Origin: Torpedo marmorata
Taxonomy: Eukaryota
Reading direction: 5' to 3'
Assembly (NCBI GenBank): GCA_977017645.1
Contig: OZ360235.1
Coordinates: 92,628,001-92,692,000, forward strand
Length of the DNA stretch: 64,000 bases
Each line of letters opens with the position of its first letter. The first letter of the stretch is position 1. Made by a program: the position numbers and the translations under genes. The notes beneath the pieces were generated by a model that did no database searches, was not told the origin of the DNA, and saw only the letters and a program-made list of their open reading frames with translations. This document shows positions 23,501 to 38,500 of this stretch, in pieces.

Positions 23501-26500
23501 CCACCATGGAACATTGGTTGACCCCCACCCCCCCCATGGAACATTGGTTGACGCCCACCTCCCCCCCCATGGAACATTGGTTGACGCCCTCCCCCCAAAG
23601 GAACATTGGTTGACGCCCTCCCCCCACCATGGAACATTGGTTAACCTCCACCCACCCCAAGGAACATTGGTTGACCCCCACCCACCCCATGGAACATTGG
23701 TTGACGCCCACCTCCCCCATGGAACATTGGTTAACCTCCACCCACCCCATGGAACATTGGTTGACGCCCACCCCCCCCATGGAACATTGGTTGACGCCCA
23801 CCCCCCCCATGGAACATTGATTGACACCCTCCCTCCCCCATGGAACATTTGTTGACCCCTCACCCCATGGAACATTGGTTGACGCCCACCCCCCCCATGG
23901 AACATTGGTTGACGCCCACCCCCCCATGAAACATTGATTGACACCCTCCCTCCCCCATGGAACATTTGTTGACCCCTCCCCCCATGGAACATTTGTTGAC
24001 CCCTCCCCCCATGGAACATTAGTTGACCCCTCCCCCCCATGGAACATTTGTTGACCCCTCCCCCCATGGAACATTTGTTGACCCCTCCCCCCATGGAACA
24101 TTTGTTGGCCCTCTCCCCCCCATGGAACATTTGTTGACCCCTCCCCCATGGAACATTTGTTGACCCCTCCCCCAATGGAACATTGGTTGACACCTCCCCC
24201 CCCCATGGAACATTTGTTGACCCCTCCCCCCATGGATCATTTGTTGACCCCTCCCCCCATGGAACATTTGTTGGCCCTCTCCCCCCCATGGAACATTTGT
24301 TGACCCCTCCCCCCATGGAACATTTGTTGACCCCTCCCCCAATGGAACATTGGTTGACACCTCCCCCCCCCATGGAACATTTGCTGACCCCTCCCCCATG
24401 GAACATTTGTTGACCCCTCCCCCCATGGAACATTTGCTGACCCTCCCCATGGAACATTTGTTGACCCCTCCCCCCCCATGGAACATTTGTTGACCCCTCC
24501 CCCCATGGAACATTTATTGACCCTTCCCCACCATGTAACATTTGTTGACCCCTCCCCCCATGGATCATTTGTTGACCCCTCCCCCCATGGATCATTAGTT
24601 GACCCCTCCCTCCCCATGGAATATTTATTGACCCCCATGGAACATTTGTTGACCCCTCCCCCATGGAACATTTGTTGACCCCTCCCCCCATGGAACATTT
24701 GTTGACCCCTCCCCCCATGGATCATTTGTTGACCCCTCACCCCATGGAACATTTGTTGACCTCTCCCTCCCCATGGAATATTTATTGACCCCTCCCCATG
24801 GAATATTTATTGACCCCAATGGAACTTTTGTTGACCCTCCCCACCCCCACGGAAAATTTATTGACCCCTCCCCCCCATGGAATATTTATTGACCCCTCCT
24901 CCCCATGGAATATTCGTTGACCCCTCCCCCCATGGAACATTTATTGACCCCTCCCCCAATGGAACATTTATTGACCCTTCCCCACCATGTAACATTTATT
25001 GAACCCTCCCCCCCATGAACATTTGTTGACCCCCCCATTGAACATTTGTTGACTCCCCCCATGGAACATTTGTTGACCCCTCCCTCCATGGAACATTTGT
25101 TGACCCCATGGAACATTTGGTGACCTCTCCCTCCCCATGGAATATTTATTGACCCCCCATGGAACTTTTGTTGACCCTCCCCACCCCCACGGAAAATTTA
25201 TTGACCCCCTCCCCCCATGGAATATTTATTGACCCCCTCCTCCCCATGGAATATTCATTGACCCCTCCCCCCATGGAACATTTATTGACCCTTCCCCACC
25301 ATGTAACATTTATTGAACCCTCCCCCCATGGAATATTTGTTGACACTCTCTCCCCCCCATGGAACATTTGTTGACCCCTCCCCCCATGGAACATTTGTTG
25401 ACCCCTCCCCCCATGGAACATTTGTTGACCCCTCCCCCCATGGAACATTTGTTGACCCTTCCCCCCCATGGAACATTTGTTGACCCCTCTCCCCACCATG
25501 GAACATTGGTTGACCCCCACCCCCCCCATGGAACATTGGTTGACGCCCACCTCCCCCCCCATGGAACATTGGTTGACGCCCACCCCCCAAAGGAACATTG
25601 GTTGACGCCCTCCCCCCACCATGGAACATTGGTTAACCTCCACCCACCCCAAGGAACATTGGTTGACCCCCACCCACCCCATGGAACATTGGTTGACGCC
25701 CACCTCCCCCATGGAACATTGGTTAACCTCCACCCACCCCATGGAACATTGGTTGACGCCCACCCCCCCCATGGAACATTGGTTGACGCCCACCCCCCCC
25801 ATGGAACATTGATTGACACCCTCCCTCCCCCATGGAACATTTGTTGACCCCTCACCCCATGGAACATTGGTTGACGCCCACCCCCCCCATGGAACATTGG
25901 TTGACGCCCACCCCCCCCATGAAACATTGATTGACACCCTCCCTCCCCCATGGAACATTTGTTGACCCCTCCCCCCATGGAACATTTGTTGACCCCTCCC
26001 CCCATGGAACATTAGTTGACCCCTCCCCCCCATGGAACATTTGTTGACCCCTCCCCCCATGGAACATTTGTTGACCCCTCCCCCCATGGAACATTTGTTG
26101 GCCCTCTCCCCCCCATGGAACATTTGTTGACCCCTCCCCCATGGAACATTTGTTGACCCCTCCCCCAATGGAACATTGGTTGACACCTCCCCCCCCCATG
26201 GAACATTTGTTGACCCCTCCCCCCATGGATCATTTGTTGACCCCTCCCCCCATGGAACATTTGTTGGCCCTCTCCCCCCCATGGAACATTTGTTGACCCC
26301 TCCCCCCATGGAACATTTGTTGACCCCTCCCCCAATGGAACATTGGTTGACACCTCCCCCCCCCATGGAACATTTGCTGACCCCTCCCCCATGGAACATT
26401 TGTTGACCCCTCCCCCCATGGAACATTTGCTGACCCTCCCCATGGAACATTTGTTGACCCCTCCCCCCCCATGGAACATTTGTTGACCCCTCCCCCCATG

Positions 26501-29500
26501 GAACATTTATTGACCCTTCCCCACCATGTAACATTTATTGAACCCTCCCCCCATGGAATATTTGTTGACACTCTCTCCCCCCCATGGAACATTTGTTGAC
26601 CCCTCCCCCACGGAACATTTGTTGACCCCTCTCCCCACCATGGAACATTGGTTGACCCCCACCCCCCCCATGGAACATTGGTTGACGCCCACCTCCCCCC
26701 CCAAAGGAACATTGGTTGACGCCCTCCCCCCACCATGGAACATTGGTTGACCCCCACCCACCCCATGGAACATTGGTTGACGCCCACCTCCCCCATGGAA
26801 CATTGGTTGACACCCTCCCCCCCCATGGAACATTGGTTGACCTCCCCCCACCATGGAACATTGGTTGACCCCCACCCACCCCATGGAACATTGGTTGACA
26901 CCCTCCCCCCCCCATGGAACATTGGTTGACGCCCACCCACCCCCATGGAACATTGGTTGACGCCCACCCCCCCCATGGAACATTGGTTGACGCCCACCCC
27001 CCCCATGGAACATTGATTGACACCCTCCCTCCCCCATGGAACATTTGTTGACCCCTCCCCCCATGGAACATTTGTTGACCCCTCCCCCCATGGAACATTT
27101 GTTGACCCCTCCCCCCATGGAACATTTGTTGACCCCTCCCCCCATGGAACATTTGTTGGCCCTCTCCCACCCATGGAACATTTGTTGACCCCTCCCCCCA
27201 TGGAACATTTGTTGGCCCTCTCCCCCCCATGGAACATTTGTTGACCCCTCCCCCCCATGGAACATTTGTTGACCCCTCCCCCCATGGAACATTTGTTGAC
27301 CCCTCCCCCATGGAACAGTTGTTGACCCCTCCCCCATGGAACATTTGATGACCCCTCCCCCCATGGAACATTTGTTGACCCCTCCCCCCATGGAACATTT
27401 GTTGACCCCTCCCCCCCATGGAACATTTGTTGACCCCTCCCCCCCATGGAACATTTGTTGATCCTCCCCCCATGGAACATTTGTTGACCCCTCCCCATGG
27501 AACAGTTGTTGACCCCTCCCCCATGGAACATTTGTTGACCCCTCCCCCCCATGGAACATTTGTTGACCCCTCCCCCATGGAATATTAATTGACCCCTCCC
27601 CCAATGGAACATTTATTGACCCTTCCCCACCATGTAACATTTGTTGACCCCTCCCCCCCAATTGAACATTTGTTGACCCCTCCCACCATGGAATATTTGC
27701 TACCCCTCCCCCATGGAACATTTGTTGACCCCTCCCCCCACGGAACATTTGTTGACCCCTCCCCCACGGAACATTTGTTGACCCCTCCCCCCCCATGGAA
27801 CATTTGTTGACCCTCTTCCCCCCCCATGGAACATATGTTGACCCCTCCCCCCACGGAACATTTGTTGAACCCTCCCCCCCCATGGAACATTTGTTGACCC
27901 TCTTCCCCCCCCATGGAACATATGTTGACCCCTCCCCCCACGGAACATTTGTTGACCCCTCCCCCACGGAACATTTGTTGACCCCTCCCCCCCCATGGAA
28001 CATTTGTTGACCCTCTTCCCCCCATGGAACATATGTTGACCCCTCCCCCCACGGAACATTTGTTGACCCCTCCCCCCCCATGGAACATTTGTTGACCCTC
28101 TTCCCCCCCCATGGAACATATGTTGACCCCTCCCCCCACGGAACATTTGTTGAACCCTCCCCCACGGAACATTTGTTGACCCCTCCCCCCACGGAACATT
28201 TGTTGACCCCTCCCCCCACGGAACATTTGTTGACCCCTCCCCCCACGGAACATTTGTTGACCCCTCCCCCCATGGAACATTTGTTGACCCCTCCCCCATG
28301 GAACATTTGTTGACCCCTCCCCCATGGAACATTTGTTGACCCCTCCCCCCATGGAACATTTGTTGACCTCCCCCCATAGAACATTTGTTGACCCCTCCCC
28401 CCCATGGAACATTTGTTGACCCCTCCCCCCATGGAACATTTGTTGACCCCTCCCCCCATAGAACATTTGTTGACCCCTCCCCCATGGAACATTTGTTGAC
28501 CCGAACCCCCCATGGAACATTTGTTGACCCGAACCCCCCATGGAACATTTGTTGACCCCTCCCCCCCATTGAACATTTGTTGACGCCCTCCCCCAAAGGA
28601 ACATTGGTTGACCCCCACCCACCCCATGGAACATTGGTTGACGCCCACATCCCCCATGGAACATTGGTTGACGCCCTCCCCCCCCATGGAACATTGGTTG
28701 ACGCCCACCCCCCCATGGAACATTGGTTGACGCCCACCCCCCCCATGGAACATTGGTTGACGCCCACCCCCCCATGGAACATTGATTGACACCCTCCCTC
28801 CCCCATGGAACATTTGTTGACCCCTCCCCCCCATGGAACATTTGTTGACCCCTCCCCCCCATGGAACATTTGTTGACCCCTCCCCCCCATGGAACATTTG
28901 TTGACCCCTCCCCCCATGGAACATTTGTTGACCCCTCCCCCCATGGAACATTTGTTGACCCCTCCCCCCCATGGAACATTTGTTGACCCCTCCCCCCCAT
29001 GGAACATTTGTTGACCCCCTCCTCCCCCCATGGAACATTTGTTGACCCTTCCCCCAATGGAACATTGGTTGACACCTCCCCCCCCATGGAACATTTGCTG
29101 ACCCCTCCCCCATGGAACATTTGTTGACCCCTCCCCCCATGGAACATTTGCTGACCCCTCCTCCCCCATGGAACATTTGCTGACCCTCCACCAATTGGAA
29201 CATTTGTTGACCCCTCCCCCATGGAACATTTGATGACCCCTCCCCCCATGGAACATTTGTTGACCCCTCCCCCCCATGGAACATATGTTGACCCCTCCCC
29301 CCCATGGAACATTTGTTGACCCCTCCCCCATGGAATATTCATTGACCTCTCCCCCCATGGAACATTTATTGACCCCTCCCCCCATGGAACATTTATTGAC
29401 CCTTCCCCACCATGTAACATTTGTTGACCCCTCCCCCCATGGAACATTTGTTGACCCCTCCCCCCAAGGAACATTTGTTGACCCCTCCCCCCAAGGAACA

Positions 29501-32500
29501 CTTGTTGATCCCTCCCCCATGGAACATTTGTTGACCCCTCCCCCCCAAGGAACATTGGTTAACGCCCTCCCCCCACCATGGAACATTGGTTGACCCCCAC
29601 CCCCCCCATGGAACATTGGTTGACGCCCACCTCCCCCCCCCATGGAACATAGGTTGATGCCCTCCCCCCCAAGGAACATTGGTTGACACCCTCCCACCAC
29701 CATGGAACATTGGTTGACCCCCACCCCCCCATGGAACATTGGATGACGCCCACCTCCCCCATGGAACATTGGTTGACACCCTCCCCACCATGGAACATTG
29801 GTTGACACCCTCCCTCCCCATGGAACATTGGTTGACACCCTCCCCCCCCATGGTACATTGGTTGACACCCTCCCCCCCATGGAACATTGGTTGACCCTAC
29901 CCCCCCATGGAACATTGGTTGATGCCCACCCCCCCCATGGAACATTGGTTGACACCCTCCCCCCCCATGGTACATTGGTTGACACCCTCCCCCCATGGAA
30001 CATTTGTTGACCCCTCCCACCATGCAACATTTGTTGACCCCTCAAACCACGCAACATTTGTTGACCCCTCACCCCACGGAACATTTGTTGACCCTTCCCC
30101 CCCATGGAACATTTGTTGACCCTCTCTCCCCCCCCCATGGAACATTTGTTGACCCTCTCTCCCCCCCATGGAACATTTGTTGACCCTCTCTCCCCCCCAT
30201 GGAACATTTGTTGACCCCTCCCCCCATGGAACATTTGTTGAACCTCTCCCCCCCACATGGAACATTTGTTGACCCCCTCCTCCCCCCATGGAACATTTGT
30301 TGACCCTTCCCCCAATGGAACATTGGTTGACACCTCCCCCCCCATGGAACATTTGCTGACCCTCCCCATGGAACATTTGTTGACCCTCCACCCCATGGAA
30401 CATTTGTTGACCCCTCCCACCATACAACATTTGTTGACCCCTCAAACCACGCAACATTTGTTGACCCCTCCCCCCATGGAACATTTGTTGACCCCTCACC
30501 CCAAGGAACATTTGTTGACCCCTCCCCCATGGAAGATTTGTTGACCCCTCCCCCATGTAACATTTGTTGACCCCTCCCCCCATGGAACATTTGCTGACCC
30601 CTCACCCCATGGAAAATTTGTTGACCCCTCCCCCCATGGAACATTTGTTGACCCCTCCCCCATGGAACATTTGTTGACCCTTACCCCCATGGAACATTTG
30701 TTGACCCCTCCCCCATGGAACATTTGTTGACCCCTCCCCCATGGAACATTTGTTGACCCCTCCCCACATGGAACATTTGTTGACCCCTCCCCCATGGAAC
30801 ATTTGTTGACCCTTCCCCCCCCATGGAACATTTGTTGACCCCTCCCCCATGGAACATTTGTTGACCCCTCCCCCCATGGAACATTTGTTGACCCCTCCCC
30901 CATGGAACATTTGTTGACCCTTCCCCCCCATGGAACGTTTGTTGACCCCTCCCCCCAAGGAGCATGTGTTGACCCCTCACCCCATGGAACATTTGTTGAC
31001 CCCTCCCCCCATGGAACATTTGTTGACCCGTCCCCCCATGGAACATTTGTTGACCCCTCCTCCCCATGGAACATTTGTTGACCCCTCCCCCCCATGGAAC
31101 ATTTGTTGACCTCTCCCTCCCCATGGAATATTTATTGACCCCCCATGGAACTTTTGTTGACCCTCCCCACCCCCACGGAAAATTTATTGACCCCCTCCCC
31201 CATGGAATATTTATTGACCCCCTCCTCCCCATGGAATATTCGTTGACCCCTCCCCCCATGGAATATTCGTTGACCCCTACCCACCATGTAACATTTATTG
31301 AACCCTCCCCCCCATGGAACATTTGTTGCCCCTCCCCCATGGAACATTTGTTGCCCCTCCGCCCCATGGAACATTGGTTGACCCCCTCTCCCCCATGGAA
31401 CATTGGTTGACCCCCCCCACCATGGAACATTGGTTGACCCCCTCTCCCCCACGGAACATTTGTTGACCCCCCCATGGAACATATATTGACCCGCCCCACC
31501 CCCATGGAATATTTATTGAACCGTCCCCCCATGGAATATTTAGTGACCCCTCCCCCATGGAACATTTGTTGACCCGAACCCCCATGGAACATTTGTTGAC
31601 CCCTCCCCCCATGGAACATTTGTGGACCCCTCCCCCCCATGGAACATTTATTGACCCCTCCCCCCTGGAACATTTGTTGACCCGAACCCCCATGGAACAT
31701 TTGTTTACCCCTCCCCCCATGGAACACTTGTTGACCCCCCCATGGAACATTTGTTTACCCCTCCCCCCATGGAACATTTGTTTACCCCTCCCCCCCATGG
31801 AACATTTGTTGACCCCTCCCCCCATGGAACATTTGTTGACCCCTCCCCCCATGGAACATTTGTGGACCCCTCCCCCCATGGAACATTTATTGACCCCTCC
31901 CCCCTGGAACATTTGTTGACCCGAACCCCCATGGAACATTTGTTTACCCCTCCCCCCATGGAACACTTGTTGACCCCCCCATGGAACATTTGTTTACCCC
32001 TCCCCCCATGGAACATTTGTTTACCCCTCCCCCCCATGGAACATTTGTTGACGCCTCCCCCCCATGGAACATTTGTTGACCCCTCCCCCATGGAACATTT
32101 GTTGACCCCTCCCCCATGGAACATTTGTTTACCCCTCCCCCCATGGAACATTTGTTTACCCCTCCCCCCCATGGAACATTTGTTTACCCCTCCCCCCCAT
32201 GGAACATTTGTTGACCCTCCCCCATGGAACATTTGTTGACCCGAACCCCCATGGAACATTTGTTGACCCCTCCCCCCATGGAACATTTGTTGACCCCTCC
32301 CCCCATGGAACATTTGTGGACCCCTCCCCCCATGGAACATTTATTGACCCCTCCCCCATGGAACATTTGTTTACCCCTCCCCCCCATGGAACACTTGTTG
32401 ACCCCCCCATGGAACATTTGTTTACCCCTCCCCGTCATGGAACATTTGTTTACCCCTCCCCCCATGGAACATTTGTTGACGCCTCCCCCCCATGGAACAT

Positions 32501-35500
32501 TTGTTGACCCCTCCCCCATGGAACATTTGTTGACCCCTCCCCCATGGAACATTTGTTGACCCTCCCCCATGGAACATTTGATGACCCGAACCCCCATGGA
32601 ACATTTGTGGACCCCTCCCCCCCATGGAACATTTGTTGACCCCTCCCCCCATGGAACAGTTATTGACCCCTCCCCCATGGAACATTTGTTGACCCCTCCC
32701 CCCATGGATCATTTGTTTACCCCTCCCCCCCATGGAACATTTGTTTACCCCACCCCCCCATGGAACATTTGTTGACGCCTCCCACCCACGGAATATTTGT
32801 TGACCCTCCCCCCCCATGGCACATTTGTTGACCCCTCCCCCCCTGGAACATTTGTTGACCCCTCCCCCCCTGGAACATTTGTTGACCCCTCCCCCCCAAT
32901 TGAACATTTGTTGACCCCTCCCCCCATGGAACATTTGCTGACCCCTCCCCCCATGGAACATTTGTTGACCCCTCCCCCATGGAACATTTGTTGACCCCTC
33001 CCCCATGGAACATTTGTTGACCCCTCCCCCATGGAACATTTGTTGACCCCTCCCCCCATGGAACATTTGTTGACCCCTCCCCCCATGGAACATTTGTTGA
33101 CCCCTCCCCCCATGGAACATTTGTTGACCCCTCCCCCATGGAACATTTGTTGACCCCTCCCCCCATGGAACATTTGTTGACCCCTCCCCCCATGGAACAT
33201 TTGTTGACCCCTCCCCCCCATGGAACATTTGTTGACCCCATGGAACATTTGTTGACCTCTCCCTCCCCATGGAATATTTATTGACCCCCCCATGGAACTT
33301 TTGTTGACCCTCCCCACCCCCACGGAAAATTTATTGACCCCTCCCCCCCATGGAATATTTATTGACCCCTCCTCCCCATGGAATATTTGTTGACCCCTCC
33401 CCCCATGGAACATTTATTGATCCCTCCCCCCATGGAACATTTATCGACCCTTCCCCACCATATAACATTTATTGAACCCTCCCCCCCATGGAACATTTGT
33501 TGACCCCCCCCCATTGAACATTTGTTGACCCCCCCATTGAACATTTGTTGACTCCCCCCATGGAACATTTGTTGACCCCTCACCCCATGGAACATTTGTT
33601 GACCTCTCCCTCCCCATGGAATATTTATTGACCCCCCATGGAACTTTTGTTGACCCTCCCCACCCCCACGGAAAATTTATTGACCCCCTCCCCCCATGGA
33701 ATATTTATTGACCCCCTCCTCCCCATGGAATATTCATTGACCCCTCCCCCCCATGGAACATTTATTGACCCTTCCCCACCATGTAACATTTATTGAACCC
33801 TCCCCCCCATGGATCATTTGTTGATCCCTCCCCCATGGAATATTTGTTGACACTCTCCCCCCCATTGAACATTTGATGACCCCTCCCCCCATGGAACATT
33901 TGTTGACCCGAACCCCCATGGAACATTTGTTGACCCCTCACCCCATGGAACATTTGTTGACCCTTCCCCCCCATGGAACACTTGTTGACCCCTCCCCCCA
34001 TGGAACATTTGTTGACCCGAACCCCCATGGAACATTTGTTGACCCCTCCCCCCATGGAACATTTGTTGACCCCTCCCCCCATGGAACATTTGTTGACCCC
34101 TCCCCCCCAAGGAACATTTGTTGACCCCTCCCCCCCAAGGAACATTGGTTGACTCCCTCCCCCCACCATGGAACATTGGTTGACCCCCACCCCCCCATGG
34201 AACATTGGTTGACGCCCACCTCCCCCCCCATGGAACATTGGTTGACGCCCTCCCCCCAAAGGAACATTGGTTGACGCCCTCCCCCCACCATGGAACATTG
34301 GTTGACCTCCACCCACCCCAAGGAACATTGGTTGACCCCCACCCACCCCATGGAACATTGGTTGACGCCCACCTCCCCCATGGAACATTGGTTGACACCC
34401 TCCCCCCCCATGGAACATTGGTTGACCCTACCCCCCCCATGGAACATTGGTTGACCCCCACCCCACCATGGAACATTGGTTGACGCCCACCCCCCCATGG
34501 AACATTGGTTGACGCCCACCCCCCCCATGGAACATTGATTGACACCCTCCCTCCCCCATGGAACATTTGTTGACCCCTCCCCCCCATGGAACATTTGTTG
34601 ACCCCTCCCCCAACGAACATTTGTTGACTCCTCCCCCCATGGAACATTTGTTGACCCCTCCCCCCATGGAACATTTGTTGACCCCTCCCCCCCATGGAAC
34701 ATTTGTTGACCGCTCCCCCCCATGGAACATTTATTGACCCCTCCCACCTTGCAACATTTATTGACCCCTCCCCCCACGCAACATTTGTTGACCCCTCCAC
34801 CCCATGGAACATTTGTTGGCCCTCTCCCCCCCCATGGAACATTTGTTGACCCCCTCCTCCCCCCATGGAACATTTGTTGACCCTTCCCCCAATGGAACAT
34901 TGGTTGACCCCTCCCCCATGGAACATTTGCTGACCCTCTTCCCTCCCCCCCATGGAACATTTGCTGACCCTCCACCCATTGGAACATTTGTTGACCCCTC
35001 CCCCATGGAACATTTGTTGACCCCTCCCCCCAATGGAACATTTGTTGACCCCTCCCCCATGGAACATTTGTTGACCCCTCCCCCCCATGGAACATTTGTT
35101 GACCCCTCCCCCCCATGGAACATTTGTTGACCCCTCCCCCCCATGGAACATTTGTTGACCCCTCCCCCATGGAATATTCGTTGACTCCTCCCCCATGGAA
35201 CATTTGTTGACCCCTCCCCCCAAGGAACACTTGTTGATCCCTCCCCCATGGAACATTTGTTGACCCCTCCCCCCCATGGAACATAGATTGACGCCCTCCC
35301 CCCAAGGAACATTGGTTGACACCCTCCCCCCACCATGGAACATTGGTTGACCCCCACCCCCCCATGGAACATTGGATGACGCCCACCTCCCCCATGGAAC
35401 ATTGGTTGACACCCTCCCCCCCCCATGGAACATTGGTTGACTCCCTCCCCCCCCATGGAACATTGGTTGACCCTACCCCCCCCATGGAACATTGGTTGAC

Positions 35501-38500
35501 CCCCACCCCCCCATGGAACATTGGTTGACTCCCACCCCCCCATGGAACATTGGTTGACGCCCACCCCCCCCATGGAACATTGGTTGACACCCTCCCCCCC
35601 ATGGTACATTGGTTGACACCCTCCCCCCCCATGGAACATTTGTTGACCCCTCCCACCATGCAACATTTGTTGACCCCTCACCCCACGGAACATTTGTTGA
35701 CACCTCTCCCCCCCATGGAACATTTGTTGACCCTTCCCCCAATGGAACATTGGTTGACACCTCCCCCCCATGGAAGATTTGTTGACCCCTCCCCATGTAA
35801 CATTTGTTGACCCCTCCCCCCCATGGAACATTTGTTGACCCCTCCCCCCATGGAACATTTGCTGACCCCTCCCCCATGGAAAATTTGTTGACCCCTCCCC
35901 CATGGAACATTTGTTGACCCCTCCCCCATGGAACATTTGTTGACCCCTCCCCCATGGAACATTTGTTGACCCCTCCCCCATGGAACATTTGTTGACCCTT
36001 CCCCCCATGGAACATTTGTTGACCCCTCACCCCATGGAACATTTGTTGACCCCTCCCCCATGGAACATTTGTTGACCCTCCCCCCATGGAACATTTGTTG
36101 ACCCCTCCCCCCATGGAACATTTGTTGACCCCTCACCCCATGGAACATTTGTTGACCACTCCCCCCATGGAACATTTGTTGAACCGTCCCCCCATGGAAC
36201 ATTTGTTGACCCGTCCCCCCCCATAGAACATTTGTTGACCCCTACCCCATGGAACATTTGTTGACCCCTCCCCCATGGAACATTTGTTGACCCGACCCCC
36301 CCCCCATAGAACATTTGTTGACCCCTCCCCCATGGAACATTTGTTGACCCATCCCCCCCATGGAACATTTGTTGACCCGTCCCCCCCCATAGAACATTTG
36401 TTGACCCGTCCCCCCATGGAACATTTGTTGACCCCTCCTCCCCATGGAACATTTGATGACCCCTCCCCCCCATGGAACATTTGTTGACCTCTCCCTCCCC
36501 ATGGAATATTTATTGACCCCCTCATGGAACTTTTGTTGACCCTCCCCACCCCCACGGAAAATTTATTGACCCCTCCCCCCATGGAATATTTATTGACCCC
36601 CTCCTCCCCATGGAATATTCGTTGACCCCTACCCCCAATGGAATATAAGTTGACCCCTACCCCCAATGGAACATTTATTGACCCTTCCCCACCATGTAAA
36701 ATTTATTGAACCCTCCCCCCCATGGAACATTTGTTGCCCCTCCCCCCCCATGGAACATTGGTTGACCCCCTCTCCCCCACGGAACATTTGTTGACCCCCC
36801 CATGGAACATAAATTGACCCGCCCCACCCCCATGGAATATTTATTGAACCGTCCCCCCCATGGAATATTTAGTGACCCCTCCCCATGGAACATTTGTTGA
36901 CCCCTCCCCCCATGGAACATTTGTGGACCCCTCCCCCCATGGAACATTTGTTGACCCTTCCCCCCATGGAACATTTGTTGACCCTTCCCCCCATGGAACA
37001 TTTGTTGACCCATCCCCCCCATGGAACATTTGTTGACCCCTCCCCCCCATGGAACATTTGTTGACCCCTCCCCCCCATGGAACATTTGTTGACCCCTCCC
37101 CCCCATGGAACATTTGTTGACCCCTCCCCCCAAGGAACACTTGTTGATCCCTCCCCCATGGAATATTTGTTGACCCCTCCCCCCATTGAACATTTGTTGA
37201 CCCTCCCCCCCATGGAACATTGGTTGACACAACCCCCCCCATGGAACATTGGTTGACACAACCCCCCCCATGGAACATTGGTTGACACCTCCCCCCCCCA
37301 TGGAACATTGGTTGACGCCCTCCCCCCCCATGGAACATTGGTTGTCATCTCCCCCCCATGGAACATTGATTGACGCCCTCCCCCTCCCCATGGAACATTG
37401 GTTGAGACCTCCCCCCCATGGAACATTGGTTGACCCCTCCCCCCCCATGGAACATTGGTTGACGCCCTCCCCCCCCCATGGAACATTGGTTGACATCTCC
37501 CCCCCATGGAACATTGATTGACGCCCTCCCCCCCATGGAACATTGGTTGACCCTTCCCCCCCATGGAACATTTGTTGACCCTTCCCCCCCATGGAACATT
37601 TGTTGACCCCTCCCCCCATGGAACATTTGTTGACCCTCCCCCCATGGAACATTTATTGACCCCCCATGGAACATTTGTTGACCCTCCCCACAGAATATTT
37701 GTTGACCCTCCCCCCCATGGAACATTTGTTGACCCTCCCCACCCCCATGGAATATTTATTGACCCCTCCCCCCATGGAACATTTGTTGACCCCTCCCCCC
37801 ATGGAACTTTTGTTGACCCCTCCCCCCATGGAACATTTATTGACCCCCCATGGAATATTTGTTGACCCCTCCCCCATTGAACATTTGTTGACCCTCCCCA
37901 CCCCCATGAAATATTTATTGACCCCTCCCCCATGGAACATTTGTTGACCCCCTCCTCCCATGGAACATTTGTTGACCCCTCCCCCCATGGAACATTTGTT
38001 GACCCCTCCCCCATGGAACATTTGTTGACCCTTACCCCCATGGAACATTTGTTGACCCCTCCCCCATGGAACATTTGTTGACCCCTCCCCCATGGAACAT
38101 TTGTTGACCCCTCCCCACATGGAACATTGGTTGACCCCTCCCCCATGGAACATTTGTTGACCCTTCCCCCCCATGGAACATTTGTTGACCCCTCCCCCAT
38201 GGAACATTTGTTGACCCCTCCCCCCATGGAACATTTGTTGACCCCTCCCCCATGGAACATTTGTTGACCCTTCCCCCCCATGGAACATTTGTTGACCCCT
38301 CCCCCATGGAACATGTGTTGACCCCTCCCCCCAAGGAGCATGTGTTGACCCCTCACCCCCATGGAACATTTGTTGACCCCTCCCCCCCATGGAACATTTG
38401 TTGACCCGTCCCCCCATGGAACATTTGTTGACCCCTCCCCCCAAGGAACATTTGTTGACCCGTCCCCCCCATAGAACATTTGTTGACCCGTCCCCCCATG

